Shown: positions 28,901 through 40,900 of the stretch, piece by piece
How the letters are laid out: each line of letters starts with the position of its first letter
Position numbering within the stretch: the stretch's first letter is position 1
Source: Bacteroidota bacterium
Lineage (GTDB): Bacteria; Bacteroidota; Bacteroidia; M30B66
Direction of reading: 5' to 3'
Length of the DNA stretch: 64,000 nucleotides
Assembly (NCBI GenBank): GCA_027490225.1
Contig: JAIXYK010000031.1
Span: 19,354-83,353, forward strand
Translations under genes and position numbers: made by a program
Notes under the pieces: model-generated
Database searches by the model: none
What the model was told of the DNA's origin: nothing
What the model saw: the letters and a program-made list of their open reading frames with translations, nothing else

Positions 28901-31900
28901 TATTTCCTCCCAGAGGACCTGTTACAGAAACGTTTGTTGCAGTACTATTAGAAATTACTAAAGTGCCAGCCGTTTTATCTACAAAAAGGTAATCAAAAGT
29001 AGCTGTACCACCACCTGTAATTTCAATTGTTTGTGTTCCACTACCATTAAAGAAAACTGCTCTATTATTAGGGTTAAAGGCTGCAGTATTATTTCGTGTC
29101 CAGTTTCCACCAATATATAAATCTCCAGATGTTCCATTTAAGTTAAGTGTACCATTGGTAATGTTTAAATTACCTCCGAAACCTCTGTTACTTGTTGGGA
29201 AATTAACTGTAGTTCCTCCTTGAATTGTTACATTACTTGGAATACCCGAACCAGCAGTTAAACTATTGCCAGTCCATTCTTGGCTCATATTATATGCCCC
29301 TCCAGTATTATAAATTAATGAAGCTCCAGATAGATAAGTAGGAGAGCCTGAAACAAAGAAGCTACTTGCATTTAATTGCAAAGCATTAGAAATGATAGGT
29401 GCAGTTGTTAAAGTTGTATTGCCGTTTAAAGTTAAATTATTAAAAGTAACACTATTAGCACCTGCTATCGCAACCGTACCGTTGCAATAAACTTCACCAT
29501 TTCCAAAATTTAAATTTGAACCACTAGCATTTACAACAGAACCTAAGTTAGCTATTGTAATAGTTTTTCCAGCACCAACTGTTAATGAACCTCCAGCATT
29601 TAATGTTAATGAGTTAACAACATCTGGATTAGGGTCAGTAGTTAAAATATTAATATTGTGTAAAATACAAACATTTGAGTTAGGAGAAGGTATAATAGTT
29701 CCTCCTAAATTCCAGCTATTAGGGTCATTCCATTGTCCATTATTAGCTGTTTGAACGCAACTGGTAAATCCATTGATGTTACCCACCAAGAACAATTGAT
29801 CTGATAAGTTTCCTGTATAATTAACTGTAGAAGTTGATAAATAAGGGTCAGCTCCTGATAAAGCTGTAGGCCTTACTCCATAAGTACTTCCTGATATCCA
29901 ATTTCCGTGGAACACACCATTTGCCCTTAAGAAACCTGAGGCTTCATCATTAGGAGTACCATTATTCCATTGGAATTTAGTTACCAAATTATTTGCTCCA
30001 GCAGTCGATTCATTTAAATACCATTGTAAGTTAACCATTTGATTTGCATCCGCTAAAGATTGGTCAAAAGGAGTTGCTTTTACTCTTACTCCAATGGTTT
30101 CAGAAGTTCCGGCTTGATTTAAAATAGCTGGTGCATAACTGGTTGAAATTCCAACCGGGAAAGTTAAGTCAACACTTGAAACAACTCTTCTTAAATATCC
30201 TGTTCCATTTGTTTGAATGAATCTGGTAGTTGAAGCTCCTGTTATAGTTGCAGAAGCCATGTTTAAGTTAAAGTTTCCAATTGAAAGAATTCCATTGGTT
30301 AGAGTTAATCCATTATTTACATTAATTGCAGCGCTTAAGTTCGCACCAGATGCGTTATTTAATATTAAGAAAGCAAAACTTGTTAAGCTTGCATTGCTTC
30401 CGCCCACAGTTTGAATAGATGTACCATTTAAAAATACAGCCCTGTTATTAGGGAAGAAGTTTACACCTGAGCCATTATTAGTCCAATTACCACCTACATA
30501 AATATCTCTACCTGATGCTTGAGAAGCTGATAAATTACCGTTTAAATTAAGGTTTCCAGTAACGTTTAAATTTACCAACATATTATTACCTCCAAAGTCC
30601 ATGTACATATTCGAACCAGCATCAATTGTTAAATTTCCACCTACATTTAATACAACACTATTGTATGCATTAGTGATTTTTGCAGGAATCAAAGTAGTGT
30701 TTCCGCTAATTTGGACATTTACAGGAGCTCCTGCTCCAGTTGCAGTGCTCCATTCTAAATCACGACCATAGTTTGCACCTGTGTTGTACATTAAAGTAGA
30801 AGAAGCTCCATAATTAGGGGCTGCACTAATGGTACCACCTGCGTTTATTTGGAATATTCCATTTATGGTTGGTACTCGGGTTAAAGTTGCTAGTCCATTT
30901 ATTGTAAAGTTATTAAACTGGCATGCAGTTGTCCCATTAACAGTTCCAGTTCCTGAAAACACCACATTACCAGTACCACCAGTAAATGTTCCATTGTTTG
31001 TAAGTACATCAGTTGCACTGAAAGTTAAAGTACCACCACCTGTCATGTTAATAGTTCCATTGTTTGTTAAGGAAGTATTAACGCCAATTGAACCACCACC
31101 AAACGCTATTGATTTTGTAGCATTTACTAAAATAGTATTTGGAGCATTTACAACTGTGCCATTTATTGTAATGTCGTGATTTACTGTAGTTGTCGCATTA
31201 GCTATAGGAACATTTCCTCCTAACCAAGTAGAACCTGTGTTCCAATCGGTATTGTTGTTTGTAATGTAACCTAGATAAGTGAAAGGCACTGTGGCCGGAG
31301 TTGAACCTACAGCATTTGTTGCTACTAAGTTACCTGATGCTCCACTACCAACAATATAATAAGCTGTTGTAGAAGTAGCTGCAGGTGTTGTAAGAATTGC
31401 TGCACTACCACCTAAAGTTACAGAAGTAAGAGCATTTAAATTTAATCCTGTAATTGTAATCACTTCCCCTGTATAAGCAGTTGTTGGAGTGTAGCTTGTT
31501 ATTAAAGGAATTTGTAAAAATGCATTTTCAATACCAGGCTCAAAAATACCAACAGTAGTAATTCCGGATGCTGTGTAGGTGTAAGGATCGCTTCCAGAAA
31601 GCGTTGCAGCATTATTAGTCCAAGCTCCCGATGTAAAGTTTCCTATCCATTTGATTGCATTTCCTCTTACAAAGTTAATTTCTTCTTGACCTGTTTGAGC
31701 AACAGGAGCATTCCACTGAGCTGTTACAGCTAAGTTACTTCCACCTGCTGTACCCTCATTTATATCCCAATTTCTTAAAACAATTTTTGATGCATCCGCT
31801 TCACTTCCTGCGGCTCCATCTCTGGCAATAACACCATATACATCGGCTGTCCCACTGTTGTTTAATGTAACAGGATTGTAAGTAGAATTTCCAACTGGGA

Positions 31901-34900
31901 ATAAAATATTAGAACTTCCTACGTCTAATCTTAATCTACCAGAACCATTAGTTATCGCATATGAAGTAGCACTTCCTGAAGCCTGAGTAGCTGCTCTTAA
32001 ATCATTACTTCCAAGAATTACGTTTCCGCTTGTTAATGTAAGTGTTGAATTTACTGTAACAGGGTCATTTAATGTTAAGTTACTTCCAACAGTTTTTTGA
32101 ATCAACAAGAATTGGAAAGTTTCACCGCCATTTGCTGTGATACTTTGAGCACCTGTTCCATTAAAGAAAACTCCTCTTCCATTAGCACCAGTTCCAACAA
32201 GGCTACCAAAACTATTTCTATTCCAGTTTCCTGCTACTCTAATACCCGGGCTTGTTGCATTTGTGGATAAAGTTAAGGTACTAGTAGCTACATCGCTTCC
32301 TATGGTTAAGTTCCCACCAACAGTAATAGCTTGATTTGTTGATTGCATGTTTAATGAACCAGCACTTCCTGTAACACCTAAAGTTAGATTATTAACTATA
32401 CCCAGATTAGTAGTTGGAGCTCCAATATTTAAAGTAGTTCCATTTTGAATGATAACATTTCCTGGATATCCTGCAGGGCCACTCAATGTTGACCATTCTA
32501 CTAAACGTCCATAAGCAGTTCCACTATTATAAACTAAGTTCGCAGTTGCAGCATAAACTGGTACACGGCTGTTCGCATCAAATGCTGCAACATTTCCATT
32601 TGCATCCATTCTTAGAGTACTGTTGCTGTTGATATCAAAAGCACCATATCTAACTTCAAAATTATTTCTTGCTAAAGCCAAAGTGGCTCCAGCTGCAACA
32701 TTTGTAGAGTACACTTTACAAACAGTTATATTAGAGCCTGTTACAGTAACTAAACCTGTAATGTCTAGGATCATATCATTACCTATTCCTGCATCCGTTC
32801 CTAAAAGTATTCCTGTAACTTCTAATGTAGCTGATGCTCCAGTCATACTTAATGTAACAGCTCCATTAGATCTAAGTGTACCACTAAGAACGCGCACATT
32901 TCCATTTACAGTTCTGCTGAAAGGTAAAACTACAAGAGAGGAATTGTTGGCAGTAAAATTTGTAGGACCGTTTACTGATGGGAATTCTAAAGCATTAGCG
33001 GTTTGCGTAAAAACACCATTATAAGATAGGGTAGAGGCTGTACCATATGTTAAGGCATTAGTTGTTATGCTTCCACCTTGATTCACGCGCAATGTGCCTG
33101 CAATTGAAGTACTTAACCCAAGATTTATAGGAGAATTTATTGTTACGTTATTAAATGGAATGCCACCTGTAGTAGATACTGTGCAAGATCCTGCAAAGAC
33201 AACGGTTCCTGTTCCTCCTGTGAAAGTTGCAGAACCATTAGCAAATGCAGAAGCGTTCGCCATAGTTAATATTCCACCAGCTGTCATTATAATGCTTCCT
33301 CCATTGGTTAAAGTTGTGTTAACTGTTAATGTTCCAGCTGCCCCAAAAGTTAAACTACTTCCAGAACGGATGGTTAATGTGTTAGGATTGTTAGCAACTA
33401 CACCATTAGCAGTTACTGCATGCGCAATTGTAACAGCAACAGATGCAGGAGGCACAACGCCACCTAACCAAGTTGAACCTGTTCCCCAATCAGTAGAAGC
33501 ATCAGAAATCCAACCTAAGAAAGTGAATGCAGCATTTGTTGTACCTGAAGTAACAGTATTTGTAACCACAACTGTTGCTCCTGATGCTGCTTGAGCTACT
33601 ACTGCAGTTATTGTAGTAGAATTTACCACTGTAAATGTTGTAGCTGCTAAACCACCAATGGAAACAGTCATTCCAGCTGTGCTGGTAAAGTTTGTACCTG
33701 TAATGGTAAGCGTTTGCCCAACATAACCAGTATAATCTGCTTGAGGAGCAAAAGTTGGACTTGTACCTTGAACTAAAGTAATTGTTGGAGGTGCAATAGG
33801 ATTAGCGAATGCTAAAAATTGTGTATTACCTGCGCTGAAATTAGAATTCGCAATTTGACTACCTGATGGAGTTCCTCCAATGAATACATATGTTCCAGTT
33901 GCGGTAGTTGTGCTTCTTCCTATAGAACTCAGCGGTGATACTGCTGTAGGGCGTGCAAGTGTAAATTGACTACCGTTAAAGTTTCCTGTTGCAGCTAAAG
34001 ACCAATATTCTGCTGTGCTTAAAGAGCCAATTGAATTCGGGTCAGGCGTTCCGCCAGAATTCGTATTGAAGGCTTCCATTGTTACACTAACAGCACCAGT
34101 TCCTGTAGTAGGATTTACTAAGTTGGCCGGTAAGTAAGTTATTGGGCTTTGCTTTCCAACAGGGAAGTTATAAGTAGTTCCAGTTAAAAGTGACGCAGGT
34201 AAACTGCGGTTTAATCTTCCACTAACAAATGAATTTGCAGAGGCTCCTGTTATTCCTGTAGTTGCAGTATTAGAAACAAAAACAGTATTTGAAACAGCAT
34301 CTAAAATACCTGTTCCTAAAACGAGTTGGTTGCTCACGGTTGCATTTCCAGCAAGGGTTACAACATTAGTTGCTAGGTCTTTATCCATGTAAAGATTAAC
34401 CATTGTTGCTGGTAAACCAGTTCCTACAGTTTGTGGTGAAATTGAACCCACGAAACCATAACTAGCAGTTGTTGGTAAATTGCGTATATCAGTTCTTAAG
34501 TTTCCAGTTGCACCGCTTGCATCTATTGTGCCTCCATATTTTAATGTTGCTCCTGCATTTACATTAAATGTACTTGTAACACCTGCATCTGAAATTGTAA
34601 AGCCACTTCCTAATTGGAAACAAGTTGGACTATTTACATTAAATACATCCTGAACACTAAATCCAGCTTGAGCAACAACATTTGCTAGCAAAGCTCCTAC
34701 GCTTGCACTTGCAGAATTTAATTCAACATTAAAATAGCTTACATTACTAGCACCAGCGTTGTAAGTGCCTCGAATAGAATGTGTTTGACCTGTTGCGCTT
34801 CCATATAACTCAACAATTCCACCAGAAATAGCATATGGAGTAGCAACTCCCGTTATCTCTGGCAAGGTTACGTTAAGTTTAGCCATTCTGAGTCTACCAC

Positions 34901-37900
34901 CTGTCATGGTTAAACCTGCTGCACCTGTCATACCGTTTGATTGTAAATCGAATACAGAAGTACCGCTAACCAAAACATTATTGTTAACTATTAATGCAGA
35001 AGAAACACCTTTGAAATCAGTTCCAAAAGTATTTGAACCGGTAGCTGCAATATTGTAATAAGCAGGAGGCGCTCCCGATAGGGTCTGGTTTCCAGTTGCA
35101 TTTAATTCGACTGTACCTCCAGTTAAACTATAATTTGCATAATTTGATAAAAATGGAACAGTTGCAGAGTTTGATTGAATTCTGTAAGTACCACCGCTCA
35201 TTACCAAACGGCCTGTACCAGAAAAATCTGCAGAGTTAGTACCTACAACGATACCTCTTCTGATATCTAATTTTCCACCTAATGCATCAACCAATGTTCC
35301 ATTAGAAATACCAATATTGTTGCTTAATGTTAGGGTATAAGTATCAAGGTCTAAATCTGAAATAACCACTTTACCTGTGCTGCCAACTGTAAGCGCGTTT
35401 CCTGTTACCTGATTTGCTTTACCAATGTACCAGAAAGTGGCAGTATTGTTAAATGTCTTATTAGAAACTGGTAGTTGAACGTTACCCAAATTGGCAGTAA
35501 CTGTTCCAACAATACCATCTGGTGAAGTAATTTTTAAAATACTTCCTTGAGCCGAATTGAACGTATTAGTTCCTGTTGGTGTACCTGGTTGATTTACTAA
35601 TAATGCAGTAGTTCCATTGAATCCAAAATCTAATGTACCATTTGCTTCAACAACTAACGATGAGTTATTATTTAATGTTAAGTTATTCGTATTCAATTGA
35701 ACAATCGCATTTGCTTTTATGGCCATTGGAACACCTGCAGATCCAGATCCACTTACAACTGAAGCAATGTTTACTAATTGGGTTGTTGTACCAGTAAAGT
35801 TGAACTGTTGATCAGCTATCGCACCCAAGTTCCCAAGTATAGGATTTGCGCCTACAGTTATATTACCTTTTAAGTTAACAATACCCAATGCACCATTAGC
35901 CGTTCCATAAGCGTTTTGATTCAACCAAAATCTTGTTGTTGCAGCAGTTCCTGCACCATTCATTACTATATTACCATCTATATTAAATGTAGCACTTCCA
36001 CTTATTGAGTTACTAGCACGTACTGTAAATGTTCCAGGTGAATTATGAACCAAATTACCTTTTAAATTCATCACCAAAGTAGCTGTAGAAGTTGTTAATG
36101 CTACATTTCGAGCAGAACTCCATCCGCTGTTCAATACCAAATCCCCTTGAATACCTACCGTTGCAGATCCTCCAATTGTTGTGAAAAAGCGAATATCAAA
36201 ACCATCTGGTGAATCAAATTCGAAGTTTCCATGAGTTAAGTTAATCGTTCCTGTTGATGAACCTAACAATGTCCAATTAGCGCCAATACCAGATGCACCA
36301 GCAATATCGATATAAACATTACCGAATGCAGCAGAATAACCGCTATACGTATTAGCAGTAACATTACCGTTTATAAGTGGTTGTGCATCATCCCAATTCC
36401 AAATATTCAGGTTAGACAAAGCACCAAAGTTTTCATTCCCTTGCCAGATTGAAGTAGAAGGATTCCCAAATGCAAAATTTAGAAACACATCAGCATTGTC
36501 TTCTACTGTAAAGGTTCCGCCAATAGCAATTGTAAAAGAAGCATTTACTTGCAGGGTTCCTCCAGATCTTACTAGAATACTAGCAGCTGTTGAAGGATGA
36601 TCTACTATTAAAGTACCACCGCTTTCAATAATTAAATTAACGGTATTTCCGAATGCACCATTTGTTGTTAGTGTATGACCATTTCTAATGTAAACATTAT
36701 TGGAGGTTCCATATGCTGGAGAATTGCTCGCAGTCCAACCAGCAGTAAGTCTTTCCCAAATTGCTGGTAATGCTGTATTGCTATTCCAAAGTCCTGAAGC
36801 CGTTGTGCGGTAACTGTTTAATGGTGTACTTACAATATCAAAAGGATCACTACCAATTGTATTGGAGAATGCCAAGCCTGTAGTAGTTGCAGTTAATGTT
36901 AAATTTGTACCTGTTGCTGAATGGTTTAGTGTAGAATAGGTTGCAACACCTGCAACAGCCGACGCATTAACAGGTGTTCCTGTAAGTGAACCAGTTGAAG
37001 TAATGTCTATAGAACCAGTATAATCTAAATCTAAACTAGAACCTAAGTCTGTTCCTCTAACTGTAACTGTAGCCATATTGGTGCTGACAGTTGTTGTAAT
37101 AGGTTGAACTAAAAATGCTAAACGATCGGCAGTAACCTCAATTCGGTTAATATCACCTGTGGTAGAAGATGTTGCACCACCGCCATTACCTGCTGCAAAT
37201 GCAGAAGAACCAGAGACCGCAGAAGTTACTGAAGTAACTGTAAATTGCATTTGCTGGTTATCAGTAACAGGTGCATTAAATGTTACACGTAAACTTAAAG
37301 CCAATTGGGCGTTATCAGCAACTGAAACCCCTGTTAATCCTGAAAATACAATAGGTGATGTTCCACTTACTGTAACTGCTGCTCCTAATGGACTAGCTCC
37401 ATTAAATAAACGCGCCGAACGAATACTTCCGGGATTTGTAACCGAGAAGGTAATTCCTGTTAATTCTGTTCCTAAGTTATCAGCATCTGTAAGTGTTGCG
37501 CCTCCATCTCTCAGGAAGAAGCCCATTACGCCAGCACTTCCATTCACGCCAGTTCCTGTATTTGATAGTACTGTTCCTTGATAAGATATGTAATCGATAT
37601 TGGCATTTGTACTAACTGCCGAACCACTGTTAAATGAAACATCGCTTAAATTACTTGCAGTACCAACACCTTGAATATAAAAAGCATAATTAGGTTCATC
37701 GCTATCATTGCTTGGTATCGTTAATATCGCATCGAACGAAGCAACAGCGTTAGGAGTAAAAGTCACAACAAATGTTGTAGAGCTTCCTGCAGCAATGCTA
37801 TTAGATGGAGGTGTTGTAATACTGAAATTACTTGGGTTTGAACCACTAATCAATACGTAAGGAGAAACACCGCTAATGTTAAGTGTTGAGCTTCCTGTAT

Positions 37901-40900
37901 TTTGAATAGTAAAAGTACGGGTTGCAGTTGCTCCCCAAGCTGTGTTTACAAATGTTGTGTGGTCTGTTAATGAAGGCGTATTGTCGCCATCAACTATATT
38001 TACTGAATTTCCAGTAATATTGATTTCAGGTGCTGGATTGTTTACCGTAAATACAACTTCATTTGAAGTAACTGTGTTAGAACATGGCGCTGGATAAGTG
38101 CTTTCGCATACTATATAATATGTGCCAGCTGAAGCAAAGTTAGGAACTTGTGTTTGAGCAGTTCCTAAATTAGTTCCATAAGGTCCTCCAGGTGCGGTTC
38201 CATATTTCCATTGGCGAGAAGAAAATGTATGTCCTTCGTTAACCGTTAAAGTAGCGCCATTGGTAGAAGTAACCAAAGTTTGAGCACCCGCTGGTGTAAT
38301 ACTCGTAATTGAATTGTTGATGGTTAAGTTTGTAACATTTGCTATTCCGTTTACAGTCGGAGAAGTTGAAACAACACGAATGCGGTAACCTGTTCCTGTT
38401 AATGTTCCCGAAGGAATAGTTACTGATATTGATTGAGAACCGCTCGCATTGGACGTTACAGATTGTAAATTTACAGGTGAACCAAATAAACCTGAAGCAT
38501 CAGAAAGTTGTGCAGTAAAATTAGCCACACCATTCGGGAAATTTCCCGCTGGTGAATATGTAAATGGAACACTTACTCCCGCAACACCAGCACAATAAGT
38601 TGTTGTTCCTCCTCCAATTGTTCCAGTAGTAATGGTGCCCAATGAAACGACATTCCCTGTAAATGTGAAATCGTTGATACTAAATGTACCTCCTGTTCCT
38701 CCCCATGCATACACGCGGAATGTAATAGCTGAATTTATGTTTTGATAAGTACCAGCAGTTAAGGAAATAGTTGTTCCTGTAATAGAAGGTGTTCCAATGT
38801 TAGCAGTATATCCATCCACACTCGAGCGAATCGCAATGTTTGTTGGACCTGTTCCTGATGCTTGACTAGTATATACTAAGTTATTAAAGTTAATCTGATA
38901 TCCTGTATTAGGAGTTAAAGTAAGTGAGAAATAATCGTTTGCATCTAATGCTCCCGTATTCCATCCATTTGCATTGTAACGGTCATTTGCAGTTGCATTA
39001 GCAATTCCTGGTCCCATTCCTATGCCCGAAACAGCTATTAAAGGATCCACAGTCTGACCAGTAGTATATGGATTAGCAGCACCAGGATTTGTTCCTGCAA
39101 TAGGATTCGTCCAAATAGTAACTGGAGCAGTTGTAGTTGCACAACTTGTTTGTGGCTCACCTACCAATTTATAATTAATGTTACTTCCGCTATTGGTGTA
39201 AGACCAAATGCGCATGAAATAAGTGGTACCGCTTGTCAATGAAGGAATGGTATAATTTCCAACTCCTTGTGCCACGTTTCGTGCTCCTAATGTTGCATTC
39301 GCTAAATCTGCAACTGGAGTTCCATCGCTTGGTGCAGTAATACTGGCATAAGAAGTATTGCTCCATTGAATCAAATATCCGTCAGGTAAAATACCTGTTG
39401 ATGCATCTGTCCAAGTTAATGGAATGGATGTAGCTGTAGTTGTTCCGCAAGCAAATAAAGTTGGATAATTAGTTGGTTCCGCTTTAATGAATGTGCGTGT
39501 ATTTCCCGCCGCAACTGGATTTGTTCCGGTTTTGTTGCCTAATGTGAATGTTAAATTAGAAAAGGCAGTTGTGCCTAAACTGATAGTATTGTTAGGTGTT
39601 GCAGTGGCAGAAATATCTGCTGTAATAAATATGTATCCAGTTGTTCCTGCATTAATTACTTGAGAAGTAAACGAAGGGAAAACTTTGCTTCCTGCAACAC
39701 CCGGTGTAGTGAAAGTACTTAATGTAGCATCACCTCCATCTAATGTTGCATCTGTTGAGTAACGAACTTTTAAGTTTACTACATCAGCAGAAGTATATGT
39801 TCCTGCTGTTGTAACTGTAATACCTGTTAGAGTTGCATTGCTTGAAGTTACTGCGAAATCGAAACGATTTAAAACGATGTCGGTGCTGCTTGGTATATGC
39901 GAACTAGCAGCTGGAGAACTGTTTGAAATAGCGATGGCCGGATTTACAATCGTAACAGTATTGCTGGCTGCTACCGGGTCTGTTCCTGTCTCTGTACCTG
40001 ATGTGAAGCTGATATTTGAAAAAGCTGTATTCCCTAAGCCAATGGTATTACCACCAGTTGCAGTTGAAGCAATATCAGCAGTGATAAATATATAGTAAGT
40101 ACCAATTGCAAGTGCCTGCGCTGTAAATGAAGGGAAAACTTTGCTACCTGCAACACCTGGTGTTGTGAGTGTACTCAAAGTTGCGTCTCCACCATCTAAT
40201 ATGTTATCTGTAGAGTAACGTACTTTTAAGTTGATGATATCTGCGGAAGCATACGTTCCTGTGGTTGTTACTGTTAAGCCGTTGAACGTTGTTCCTGCAA
40301 CAGTAACTGCAAAGTCTAAACGTTGTAAAACCACATCGTTTGTACCTGCGTTTTGGTTGCTCGAAGCTGGAGCTGAATTGCTAATGGCAATAGAAGGAGA
40401 CGTGCTCACGAATGTTTGAACACCTCCAGCTGCTACTGGATCCGTTCCTGTTTTGGTTCCTGAGCTAAAACTGATATTTGAAAAAGCAGTAGTTCCTAAG
40501 TTAATAGTATTTCCGCCTGTGGCTGCTGGTGCTATATCAGCAGTTATGAATATATAATAAGTAGCTCCTGAAATGAGCGCTTGAGAAGTAAAAGAAGGAA
40601 ACACTTTAGCGCCCGAAACACCAGGTGTTGTTAATGTACTTAATGTGGCATCTCCAACATCTAATATGTTATCTGTGGAGTAACGAACTTTTAGATTAGT
40701 AATATCAGCAGAAATATAAGATCCTGCTGTTGTTACATTTAAACCTGTAAGAGAAGTGTTTGCAACAGTTACAGCCAAATCTAATCTTTGTAAAACAACA
40801 TCATTTGTACCTGCATTTTGGTTGCTTGCAGCAGGTGCTGAATTACTAATTGCAATAGAGGACGGGGAAATAAATGCATTATCTTTTCCGATAACTATAT

